Program-made: the position numbers and the translations under genes
Assembly (NCBI GenBank): GCA_002633005.1
Contig: NMRA01000823.1
Location: forward strand, 38,697-102,696
Length of the DNA stretch: 64,000 bases
From: Phoronis australis
Lineage: Eukaryota; Animalia; Phoronida
Reading direction: 5' to 3'
The notes under the pieces: generated by a model
What the model was told of the DNA's origin: nothing
The model's database searches: none
What the model saw: only the letters and a program-made list of their open reading frames with translations
Shown: positions 1-11,690 of the stretch, one piece after another
Numbering within the stretch: the stretch's first letter is position 1
Layout: every line of letters begins with the position of its first letter

Positions 1-49
1 ACACACTCACAACACTCTACGTCTTGTAAAGTCACTGAACGAGAGAACG

Positions 50-132
50 CCGTCATGAAAAGTCACGTGTTCTCGCTAAAAATACACGACCATGTCTCAC
101 GTAATCTCGCGAAGTCTTGCTTATAAGCGAGG
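50..132. repeat. Fragment of the interspersed repeat found at 53161-53327 (inverted), truncated where the MITE at 133 begins
   Basis: Reverse complement of ~52-132 (cctcgcttataagcaagacttcgcgagattacgtgagac...) aligns by eye with 53194-53273 (cctcgctaaaaagcaagacttcgcgagattacgtgagat...). Confidence 0.75.
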
Positions 133-706
133 CTCGCTGGTTCCCTGCGTGCTTACCCCAGCCAGCACGCAGGTATCACGCAGTGGCACGCGCTTTAGCA
201 TTGGTCGATGTAATCTTGGCAGTCATTGGTTAGCTTTACAACACCGTGAAAAAAATGGCAGACTGTGAATGATTTTAGCCTTGTCATGCAAGTGGCGTCG
301 CAGCAACTATTTCGTTTGTGCAGTTATGTTTAATAGCCGCGTGCTTGAAGCACATACATGCACAATAAACGCATATTACGGTGTGTTATTCATACTGTAT
401 AAAGACACTATCGTAAACAAAAGTCATCGACAGTAGAAAGATGCACTCCGAAAAGGCTCAATCACAATTTCTAGGCTTCACATTTCCTGAACATAATTTT
501 AAGCACCGGTTTGTCTGTACAACAGACCACAATTACACTTCAGTCCATCAGCCATGCCAGTTTGTTTGCGCAAAGCGCTGCCTGTTGACGAATCGACTAG
601 CCAATCAGAAACGCCGGTGTAAAAAAATTTACAGAGGAAATTTAAGTGATACCTGCGTGCTGGCGCGGCTACCGCCCCACCTAGCGGCACGCAGGGAACC
701 AGCGAG
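133..706. mobile_element. Non-autonomous DNA transposon (MITE), ~575 bp, family A copy 1
   Basis: Perfect 20-bp TIR ctcgctggttccctgcgtgc (133-152) / gcacgcagggaaccagcgag (687-706), plus a subterminal inverted repeat ccagcacgcaggtatcac. The interior is homologous, in inverted orientation, to 34700-35240. Confidence 0.85.
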
Positions 707-2124
707 ANCAATTGGATAAATGCCAATTCCCATTAAAAAGTTATTAGTTGCTAAAATTCTGCGTGCAATTTTCATTTGAAACATTTCAAGTCTAACACTT
801 CAAAAAAAACAGAAGTTTGGAAACAGAAATTCTATTCCGTCAATGACCTTTGCAAAACCAAAAGCATTTTCCGATTTTCAAACCTAGTGGTTTTTGAAAC
901 AAAGTTGCCGAGAAACATCATTGTACATCACGACTAGAATTCGAATTTTTCACCAAAAATTTCCAAAGCAGTGGGATAATTGGTTGAGATACATTTGCAT
1001 TCGAAAAGTTATACTTTTGAAAATTGACTTCAGGCAAGTTTGCAATCCACAATTGAGTGTAAAAAAGTTTAAAACCAAATCTGTCTGCAAAACTGTTATA
1101 TGACAGGAAATTCGTGTTTTCGTCAAAAACAATCACATAAATGTCTCGCACTTTTTTCAGTCCAAGTAGGGTAAAATATTGGTTTTCCTCCCCTCTGAAT
1201 CTTTGTAATGTGCCATAAAGGAAGGGGCAGGCCATAAAGGAAGGGATTGTATCCTGTCCTCTTCTTTGACCTCGTTTAATATCGAAACGAACTCGATTGT
1301 TGAAACAAACACATCCTATTAAAAAGCATTCTCTGTGGACTGGGGTAATGCTTAAAAGTAGTTTCTCCCTTAGAAAATCGTTTCAAAGTCAATTAGACGT
1401 AAACCGCGTGAAATATCTCTCCAAGCCGAATTTTTTTGTCCATCTATAACCTTTTTTAACCATGTTACTAACTTTAAGACCTTTAAAAAAGAAACTAAAT
1501 GAACCATGTTGAGAGCACAATTTCACAATTCTGAACCATAAACTGATGCTTTTGTTTTTTGAAACAATATTTGAGAAACCTCTATTTTCATTAGTTTATC
1601 GTGAAACTTTCTTTTTTGCAGCAGAAAGTGTCATAGGAATTGTCCTAATGGTGTTCAAAAGAACACTTTATTTATCAATGATCATGGGCAAACCCGTTAA
1701 TATCCGTCAGTAATTCTTCACTAAAATCTTCCTTTTTGTATGACAGAGAGAGGAATACTGCTCAATATTACCGATGATCATATTTCTAAGTTTGGTTATT
1801 TAATACTCATCTTCCAACAGAAAATTAGTAAATCGCCAGAAATCTTTTGTATTTGGTCATTTCCTACTGCAAGCCTGCAAAATCAGCTTGTGGGACCACA
1901 GAATCAGTTTCTCCGTTACAGTAAAACAGAGACACCCCTGAAAAAATCGGAAATATCCAGAAGTTCATGAAAATTACCTCTATAATTAAATAAATGTTAC
2001 CCTAACCGCATTACGTAATATTTTTAAATTAAAATTACCAACGTGCCTGTTATTCAGTACTTTATTTCATTTTGTAAAATAGATAGAGTTGAGCAAGCAA
2101 GTGACCCGTGACCAACTTCGTCGC

Positions 2125-4007
2125 ATGGTAGAGTGTTGTACGGTCTGCGTCCAAAATTCAAAACTCCTTATCGTTACTCATTCTCCAAGAACTGTTTAGA
2201 CTAACATATCACAGAGAACCTAGCCATGCTTCCTCGTACCACGTGGAAGGCCAAGATTGTTGATTCATCAGTTACTGTCCCAAAGGACGCGGCAGGTTTT
2301 AAGAAAAACATAGTTGTGACCCTTGTGAAAACGACGGTCGTCACGTGCAACCTGTTTCAATGTGCACCCAGTGTCAGGAACAATTGTGTCGAGAGTGTAC
2401 ACTAGGGCACCGCCGATTTACAAAGAATCACTTAGTGGTACAGGTAGGTTTAGAAGAACTAGATTACGATGACATTCGGCTTGAGCAGAAAGTGCATTGC
2501 CGTATTCACCACAACGAAGTTCTGACAATCTACTGTGAACAGTGTGAGATATCTGTGTGTTCACTTTGCCTTACATTTAGCCATAATCAACACAACGCTA
2601 CAGATTTAAGAGAAGCGGCAGAAAGTGCCAGTGACGTAATGTGCGGTTTGTTAAAGGAGTGGAAAGTTGTTACGTAACATTGTGAAATTTGGCGCGAGAA
2701 AGAAAGAGAAATACTTCAAAATCTTCAACAGCAGAAGGAGGCTTGTAAGAGAGAGATTAAACAACTCTATAGCGATTTTCTTGCAGAAAGCAGATGCCAA
2801 GTCAAGGTTAATGAAGAGAAGGCTATTGCTGAGTTGGATGAACAAGTAGAGGCAGCGAGAAAACAAGCGCAAACTGCTTTTCACGCGGCTGAACTGAACA
2901 GGGTTAAGTTTGATAACGTGATGCAGTGCGTGAATTCCATTCTTACACGGGAACGAGATGCTGAGAAGCTTCGTCGATTTAAACAATTAAATTAAGTCAC
3001 GTTTTAAGAATTTGAACGTTGGACGCATAGACACATACAGGTGTATTTCAAAGAACCAGTGATTGAATGGTATCCTCAGAAATTTGCAGTTCCACATTTA
3101 AGCGCAAATATCGTTACAAGAGCAGAGGATAAACGCATTTCATCCAAATTTTGTCAGCGTAAATCACTTGTCCATGTTCTAACTCCTCAACCGGCTGTTA
3201 AATGTGCTGAACTTGAGGGGAAATTTAACAGTGTGCTTGAGGGGAAAGGGGGAGGGTGGTGTGAGGGACTGGCATTGGGTGATGGTGTGTTGATTACTAC
3301 AGACAGTAAGAACAAAAACGTCAGGTTGTTTCCCAAAGGTGACTTCAAAATAGCATTTATGTTAAACCCCACCCAGCACCAACTGCAAGATCCCAAGGAT
3401 GTGACGTGTAATGGACGTGGTGAGATCTATATCACAGACCTTGGCATTCACGGTGTTGTCAAGTATGACGCCGCGGGTCGTGTGATGAAGGTCTATCCGG
3501 ATTTGTATGAAGGTGCGGGGTTTATTACACGTCACAAAGATCAGATGGTAGTGGCGGATACAGACAATGGACGGGTGATGTTCACTGACAATGATTTTAA
3601 GGTTCATCACCAAATAGACTCCCGCTCCCTGGGACTGACTGAGTTCTCACCACACTATATATGTGTGGATGAGAACTCTGGACATCTGGTGGTGAGCCAG
3701 TTCAACTGAACCCCCATGTGTGTACGTGATTGACCACACACAGCCGGCCGTTATACACACATTCAGTGATGAATTGGGGGGGCCGCACGGTGTGTCTGTG
3801 TGGACCAGTTCGGCTACATTCTTGTACATAGCTGACTGGTTCCACAATCACCGTGTAATTCTATTGACCCCTGCACATACACAAGTGCTCACCGCAGAGG
3901 GCGACGACTGTTGTCCTACAGCCATATGTACATCAGGCCCAGGGCGGGTGTTTGTCTTGGACATGGACGGTGATGTAAAGCTATTTAAATACCTTGATTT
4001 GACTTAA
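2125..4007 (+). pseudogene. TRIM-NHL family pseudogene (degenerate RING, B-box1, B-box2, coiled coil, NHL/beta-propeller repeats)
   Basis: RING relic at ~2125-2260 (CCTVC..KLL..HS..KNCLD, with indels). B-box1 CDPCEND..CTQCQEQLCRECTLGH..H; B-box2 CRIH..YCEQCEISVCSLC..H..H; E/K/Q-rich coiled coil; NHL motifs (PKDVTCNGRGEIYITD, VVADTDNGRV, PHGVSV..LYIADWFHNHRV). In-frame TAA at 2675, 2993 and 3005, +1 frameshift near 3707-3715, final TAA at 4005-4007. No introns seen in this span. Confidence 0.85.
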
Positions 4008-4226
4008 TTTGTTAAAACTAAACAATGAACTGGTTGACTGAAGGCCTGGGTTGATGTTTTGATAAAAATTGTTTGTGAAACCATCTGAGTTTACACTGTG
4101 GAGGATCAGACGCCAGCCAGCCTGCGTATGCACAAAACTAATTACACAAACCAGATGGGATAAAATGGTTGATCACAGGCTATTGTATCTGAAGGCTTAG
4201 ACATTTTTTTTGATCATTTAAAATGT

Positions 4227-4286
4227 TGGCTCAGGTTTTGATCTTCGGACTTCCGTTTGGGAGACTGGGGTTCAAATCTTGCCTCC
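4227..4286 (+). mobile_element. tRNA-derived SINE-like head fragment (degenerate)
   Basis: tggctcagg (A-box-like) followed ~40 nt later by ggttcaaatc (B-box-like). No complete cloverleaf. Confidence 0.35.
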
Positions 4287-5626
4287 TACTTCCGTGTGTA
4301 AGCTAGAGAATAAATGAGAACCAGGATATGATGAAAAAGCGATTTCTGAGGCTTTGATCATATTTTTTAGTAATTTAAATGTTCTCAGGCTGATGAATAC
4401 ATAAGGTTTGTGATTTCAATCCTGCTCAATACTTGTATTTTTTCGCGGATTTGGATGCACGAAATACAGAGAATAGGACACAGCAATGTTTTTTAACTAG
4501 GACAATGTGTTGATCCACTTTGTGTCATTTTCACAAAAGACGTCGCTGTAGTCGGCTACTAAACGCTAGTATAGTAAATTGCTTCACGTTTTCTTCATGT
4601 GACGATTTTAAAGCTACATTTAGCGTATTTCCTGTTGCTTCTTCAACTTTTAAACCTTTTTAATTCGTCAAAATACACGTATCGTGAAGCGTCCGTCTTT
4701 TCTGGCTGCAGTCAAAACGGTTGAATTTGCCAGTGACGGATTTACCATTTTGACGGGGTTTACTCGTTTAGTTTCTCCACAAGAATAAGGAACAAAACGT
4801 TTTGCTAGAGAGGTTACTTATATCGCTAGGTTCCCCTATGGCCTAGATTCGCGTACTCCACTCTCCTGAGTCCCTGTGCCGGATTCCATCTTTTGGAGCG
4901 CACCAAACAACGTTGTAAATTGGAATTTATAAAACAACTGGGACCATTTTTCCAAAAATAGTTGGATGTTGTAGATTGGCTACTTGGAGACAGCGATGAT
5001 AGATCCAATGACGTAGCGACGATGGATAAAGGTGTAAAACTAATGTCAAAAGATGTGTATTGGTAGCCACAGAACTGTTGGGTGACACATGCTTATATAA
5101 TGAACGCAAACTAAAGGAGTGACCTTTTAACTCAAACTCACAGATTGGAGAAATAATTTCCATCACAAACCTCAAATTTCAATTTATTAATAGTTTAATA
5201 CCTTCCGAAAAGATAAGACGAGGAAAAAACAATTAATATCAGAATTTTAACTTCGTTTACCTTTTCGATTTTTGATTATTTGTAAATGCAGAAATGATGT
5301 ACACAATCATTATTAGCACGATAACGAGTCTTGGAATGTACAAGAACAACTTTAAGTTGCACGAATCAGTTGAGCAAATTAAGGTCTGACACTAAGAATA
5401 TTTAAATAAATATCATAAATGGATTTGTATTGATAATGGTACCGTCACGCACACCGATCCAAAGTTCGTCTGGGAAACGCTGTCAATCATCGCTATGATA
5501 ACAAACGTAAAAATGTGGACGGGGTCGATGAAAGAGGGGTTATTCGGTACAAATGAATTTCACAGTTGCGTCTTGTGACTGGGCTAGCTTTTCCTTCTAG
5601 TTCTCGTCCCTACAGACATCTTGCCC

Positions 5627-5724
5627 TCACAGGCAAAGCGGGAACCGTTTTCATCACAGGCAAAGCGGGGACTTTGCCTTCACTGGCAAAACGGGAAAGT
5701 TACCGTCATTAGCAAAGTGGGGGT
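5627..5724. repeat. Degenerate minisatellite, ~4 copies of a ~25-bp unit (tcacaggcaaagcggg...)
   Basis: Units: cacaggcaaagcggga, cacaggcaaagcgggg, cactggcaaaacggga, cattagcaaagtgggg. Confidence 0.7.
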
Positions 5725-7185
5725 AAGCGTTGTGTTGGCATGCAAGGCACACCTGATCAGGTTGATAATGTACAGTGGACTATGATATCCACATTTTCAC
5801 CATTGTGGTGAGCTAGCAAGCGGAATCTTGTTGTATTAACTGAACAACCTGGAAAAGCAATCTGGACAATCCATATAATAGTTGTGATTCTTGATACAAA
5901 CATTAGAACTCCATGACGTAACGCTATTGTTCAGATTCTTATCAATCTTACGATAAGTGTTACCAGACTAATTGCGAAGAGTACAATTCATTGTAGATTA
6001 ATATTTCACATGCATTGTTTAAAGTAAACATTTTCAGTACTTCGCTGCCAAAAAATCTCGCTAGTTTTCTGTGTGTCCCCTTTGGAGAATCCCCCTAGCG
6101 GACACGTACCGAACCAGTGAGCAAAAAGTGGATTAAGTCACACATTTCTCGACATTGTTCTCAGGCCTACGTACATGCATGAGAATCTGTAATTTGTAAG
6201 ATTTTACGATGAACTGCAGAACGCATTAAATACCAATAAGATAACCTAGAAAAGTGAATTGAGATTTCATCTCGAAGATTAATTTAAAAAGAAAGGTGGT
6301 CTTTGGTATCATTAGGCTATTTGCCATGTCTGTGCATTCGTTTTTGCTAAACTTCCTGTTCAATATGACATAAACATGGACAGATAAGTACATTATTTAC
6401 AAAATCGACCATGTATTTCTGTGTGTTTTCTACTTTCAGAAAATATCAGACATTCTAAGGTTCTGAATATCTGTTGCAGTTACATATCGGATGATATTTT
6501 CCAGCCTGACGCACTGTGAACACTCGAGATACGAGTCTTGCATGTTAATCGCTTCGCTATGCATGTAGACGGCAATATGCTAGGGATGTCGCCGCTGCTC
6601 GGAAAGCGATAGAGAAAGCGACTATAGTGTAGGGTGATCGATATAATTTCATATTCAGTAATCTATTTTGCAATCAGAGAACCGTGGAATATGATTTGTA
6701 AAGCACAAGTTATAAGATAAACACTTTCGAGTAACCAACTATTCGCACGGATAACCACACCTGGCTACACTGATATTTCTGGTCTCCAATTCGATACATG
6801 TACATTGATTTTTAGAACATTGTACCAAATCGTGAAATTACCAAAATTTTGGTCAAAATTATGACTTCCTCTTTTAAGGACTTGCAATTCAATTCCAGTC
6901 TCTTTCGCAATTTCCGACACAGTAAAGTCGACGAAAATTTCGACGAGATTTCGCCATTTAAAAAATGCCTCCCTTGGAAAAAATTCCTAACCCGGCTTAT
7001 ATTTGACGAAAACCAACTTAAATTGATTTTACCGAGGTTACTGTTACGTAATTCCACCACTTTCGTGGCGAAGAGGAAGGTTGCGTGGTAGCCTACGGGA
7101 AGTCACGATCATCATATCGCAAGTTTCCGTAATTACGTCGCCTCCGAAAATGTGCCAAAACAACATTTAAAATCGCTTTGTTTAA

Positions 7186-9104
7186 AAGAGAATGCCACCC
7201 AAAAATAACCTATTTTGTATCAATTTAGACCGAGTAGTTATACTTGTTACCTGACACCTGAAAGCAGACGAAGGCGTTGAAATTAACCAATGACGTCAGA
7301 GGTTCGAACGCAGTCTGTTCAGCAGTTCACAACACACTTACTGGTGTCAGCTTTTCGCTTACATTCGTCGTTTGACACCAACAAATCAACACTATTCGAT
7401 AAAAAAAACTTACAAATACATCGAGTTATTGAACAACGTGTTGTTTTATCTCGCTGTTACGGATGTTTTGGAATTTGTACGTACCGTAGCAGAGTTCCGT
7501 AGGCCAATTTACCGAGGTTGGTCGCGGGAGTTTGGGGTTCGATGAGAACTTCGAATTATTCGTCCGTGAAATACTGACAGGAGAACATAGCTATGTGTTG
7601 TAAACACAAAACGAAACCCGATCACGCCCATCGCGGCCGGACTGAAGACAGAACGAACATAAACCAGCCAAAGTTGGAAACTAAATTTCCAGTCACGAAA
7701 AGACTACACTAGTGAGCCAAAGAAATAATGTGCAAGCGAATGTTTTAGTGAATTATACATGTAGCAGCGAAACTGCAAATCTACTTACTAGCTCGTCGGG
7801 GGCCGGCCACGAAATCGGGTTACCCTTCCACAGAACCGTCATGGCAAAGTTGTACAGTAACAATGATTCGAATAAAGTATATGAATATCTAAATAAAGGT
7901 TCCCCTAACATCTGACCATAGCATATAAAATCAGTTATTGTTTCACCACAGCTTTCTGTCAGCAAACACTGAATTAGCATGCTCTCGCACGTACATGTAC
8001 GGCCTCGGTGCATAAAAGCTGGTAACGCAGTGTTTTATTCATTGCTAGCTTCTCAAAACATTTGCGCTCAACACACCAAGGCATTAAAAGTTGTATCTAA
8101 GGAGACAGATTTTTTCAGTTTTATATAAGCATTGGTTAGGGTGAGAATAATTCATTTTGAAACAGAACGTACAATAATAAACATCAAAATCTGTGGCAAC
8201 TCGCAATCCCGACTTAGACGATTGCTCACCCGACGAAGACTTCACAGGTCGATCGTTATAGGTTTCACAGGCTGTCAGTTCGAACCGGAATAAGCTCCGT
8301 GAACGTGCACAAACAACGGAACACATGAATGATGACTTGTCATGGTGTCACAATAATTCCGAAAGTGAAACACCTTCTTGGAGAAGAGCAGAATGATTTG
8401 TCTCACAGACCCTCCTGATTTTGCACCGTGTCTAAGGTTTGCTCACGTTTTTTTTGCGAAAACGTCCTACACCCAGAGGAGTCAGTCATAAAACAGGTTA
8501 TGTAAAACGTTATGTTCTCAGGCCATGAATTAACTGTAATTGTTTATACGTTTTCATGGCCTACTACAATTCTCCATAATCAAAAACTTATCAACAACCA
8601 AACCGCGTTTCTTTGTCTCCTGCCTGTCGAACGCAAACACACTAGGCACAACATCTGACTTCAGCCTTAGTCTCTTTTTTCTGCCCTGGCATCAGCTGTT
8701 TGATAAGCTGGCATTCGATCGTCAGTGAAATCACCGTCGAGGAAATGCCGACCACTGACATACGCGAGAATTTCACGGCTTCATATTTGGTATTAATGGC
8801 GTACTTTTTATTCCTTACTACCGCGAGCCACTTCCGAAGCATTATGGACTTTCGAGAAAATCGAAAAAACGATACACCCGCTTTCCTGGCAGCTTGATAG
8901 TTCGCACAAACGGCATCGATACACCACACCGTAGCGTCACCCACTCTGCAGAAGAACCACTGACGTCTCTGCGTCGTTTCCCACCTTCCTCACAGATTAA
9001 CGCGACACCTCTCTCAGCGAGGTATGACCGACGGTATACGAGATGACGTGGATATAGATCGATTAATTTATTAAAAAACTAATTAAATCGGGTGGTATTA
9101 TCCT
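7186..9104 (-). mobile_element. Kolobok-like non-autonomous DNA transposon (~1.9 kb) carrying a THAP-domain remnant
   Basis: TTAA at 7182-7185 and 9105-9108. TIR aagagaatgccaccc versus the reverse complement of the right end, aggataataccaccc (12/15 match). Internal minus-strand ORF 8642-8944 has THAP-like sequence. TTAA TSD, purine-purine termini and THAP are Kolobok hallmarks. Confidence 0.6.
8780..8944 (-). pseudogene. THAP zinc-finger DNA-binding domain remnant (transposon-derived)
   Basis: WCIDAVCANYQAARKAGVSFFRFSRKSIMLRKWLAVVRNK fits the THAP pattern C-x4-C-N...SFFRFP...KWL...R. The C-terminal C-x2-HF is not intact in frame. Confidence 0.6.
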
Positions 9105-9879
9105 TTAAGTTAATATCTTCACCTAAACGTCTAAGGTGGGTCCAAACACACGGCAGGGTGAAACTTGCCAGAAAATAGAAGATCCGCACTTTTGGATGAC
9201 CCTTTAGCCCGTGCAATCGGTTTGTGCTGGGCTGCAGTGATGATGGGGCCGATGCTTTAAAACAGTACTATTCTGGATTTAAATACACTTCCTGCATTTT
9301 TCTTAAAACAAAGATTCATCAACTCGCACAGTATATTTGCAACCAATGGCAATACAATGTACAACCTTTCCATCGCAACCTCAGTTCACCCTAGGATTGA
9401 GATAGCATTGGGTTAAGCAACACGAAATTATTAATGCAAGATGAGAGCGCCCGTGTTTTCGTATGTGGAACCGTTTTACGCCAACAATTTTAGAACGCAT
9501 TGTGTTAGCTCTTCTATTAAATTACTGTCATAAATTAAAGAGCGTCTATTGTTTTCTGAAATTAATAAGAAACAGTTGTGGTTTTTTTGTATTTTTTGCA
9601 TGTCTATATAATGAAACTGTTCAAACTATCGCTTGTTTCACATGAAAATTCCTTCGCACTAAGTGTTCAATTGGCCAGTTGAAAGCAAAATGGGCCAACG
9701 TGTCATATCTTAGCAAAACATGATCTGAAAGAATAACGCGGCATTGTCAGTTCTTTGCAAACTCAGAAATCATCTACCATCTGAGCACGTTGAAACAAAT
9801 GTTATAGCCTTACCTGTTGGTCTAAATCGAACTTTTGTTCGCTAAACGGAAATGAGTTTATAGAAGATTGATGGCTTAA

Positions 9880-10224
9880 AAGGATACCAATACCCGGTTT
9901 TGGCCTATTAACAGATTCTTTCCCGCCCAGGTCTCTGAAGCGAAATAATGCTCGGTAACCCGTGACGCCCCTCAGAAGTTTGGAGAGAAATTCAAAAATT
10001 CCAAATCTGCTAAATGGGCAACCGTGGCCTACATTTTTAGCGAATTACATGGCAACAGTGGGAAAAGACCAGCCACCAAGGACTATAGTGTCCCGTTCGT
10101 GAAATAGGGGTATGACTTTTTAGTTGATTCCTACTTTTACCTTTCAAGATTAACGTTAATGATGCATTACCAGGTGACAGAACGAGGAGTGGTTAAAATC
10201 ATCAAAACAGGGTTTAGTATCCTT
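9880..10224. mobile_element. Kolobok-type MITE, 345 bp, TTAA TSD
   Basis: TTAA at 9876-9879 and 10225-10228. TIR aaggataccaatacccggttttg versus the reverse complement of the right end, aaggatactaaaccctgttttg. Confidence 0.75.
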
Positions 10225-11228
10225 TTAAGTCAATACCTCAATGGGTAATTTCAGAGAAAGTTCTCAAAATGGCCTCTGTGTTCAGATATTTTGTAGGAGT
10301 GGGTGGGTGCGCGTGAGGACGTTCTGTACTTCCCAAAAGTCGTTACAGTGTTAATTTTGACAGATATTATAACGCCAGTTTGTCAAATCGCTTTATAGTT
10401 TCTTATTCTTGACAGTACATTCCCATAAATTTATACATTGGCTGAAAACATTTTGAATAAATAACAATACAATTCACGAAGTCGCAAACTAACGTTATCA
10501 AAACTTAAATAATAATAACTGTTACGATAAACTGGCTTGTTTGATTATAAACCTTAACAACTTAATAAGAGAGATATTGTTTTACATGTATATACAAGCA
10601 AATAAAACTCGCAGGAACACAAACGCGGAATCACGTGTACCCACACAGGCAACACAGGTGATACCATCAACCAGAAATAACTTATAAATTCATTTGGGAA
10701 CAAAACCCAATTTCCTATCTGGATCTCGAACTTCTTTTCTGTTAGAGTTAAGTGCTAACTCAACATAAATGATTTCTCTATGGTTACCGAATACGTTACG
10801 GTTTTTGCATGTGGGCACATAATCTCAGTTGGCACTCAATGAGCCCGAGTTAAAGCCACGAGTTTGTACTTGAACTCTCAAGTCTGAACTCGAAATAACG
10901 AGTTTACTGCTCTAGTCCGAGGACCCGCCAAGTGCAAATTCTGAGACCACGATGTCATGTTATACTCTAATACATTATCAAGGACCCGAATGTTAAATTC
11001 TAAAATAGTACAGAAACAACTGAGTAATTTGGAGTTGGAGCACGAGTGTACAGACTGGATCTCGAGCTTTGACTGTTGCTCCCGCATCACTCAAATCTTC
11101 TTGAACAATTGTCGACACCAATACCTGGTTTGCCTGCTTGTTTTGATCAATAGGCAGACATGACACGTATACGTATAACGGACAACAGAAGAACGTTCAC
11201 GGATGGTCAAGCGCAGTTGAAGCCCTGA

Positions 11229-11690
11229 CTATTTGCAAACGTGGACATCCACGACTTTTTTACACGTATCACATTTTACGAAACAACACCAATGAAATTT
11301 ACAGTGACACCGTTCGACCAATGTCTCCTTAAATGAGTTGTAGCCTCGCCCACAACACATAAGGACACATCCGTCCATTCCCGGGGAATCTTTGTTGCAA
11401 CGTCTTCCTTTCGTTCCCAACGACCCCGTCTTACTGTCCGGTTCACAATATGTAGGCGAGGGGTCTAGATAGATAATATCTTCTTTCGTAGGTTTATTAT
11501 GAGACTTATATAACCTCTGTAGTCTTGTTCCTCTCTTATTAAATTTCACCTCCGTGGCGCTGTCGTATTTTTCCTTGAGACGAAGGCCAATGTCCCTGAA
11601 GGCCGGTAGATTCTGCCAGCACGTCTTAAGACTACATGAACCGGAAACTCCGTGACATTTGCATCCAACTTCGTCATACTTATACACGGC
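11229..11690 (-). CDS. WNT5: Wnt5 last coding exon
   Basis: Acceptor ttttgttttag|GCC at 11690. Encodes [25 protein letters not shown]...CCGRGY...[14 protein letters not shown]......CK*; stop TAG at 11231-11229. Confidence 0.95.
   Translation of the reverse strand, partial: AVYKYDEVGCKCHGVSGSCSLKTCWQNLPAFRDIGLRLKEKYDSATEVKFNKRGTRLQRLYKSHNKPTKEDIIYLDPSPTYCEPDSKTGSLGTKGRRCNKDSPGMDGCVLMCCGRGYNSFKETLVERCHCKFHWCCFVKCDTCKKVVDVHVCK

Noticed and set aside
2675-3007. In-frame TAA codons in TRIM-NHL as stop-codon reassignment or programmed readthrough
   Set aside because: The same gene also has frameshifts and a damaged RING, it terminates at TAA, and the Wnt5 and protease CDSs contain no internal TAA. 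Ordinary pseudogene decay is simpler.
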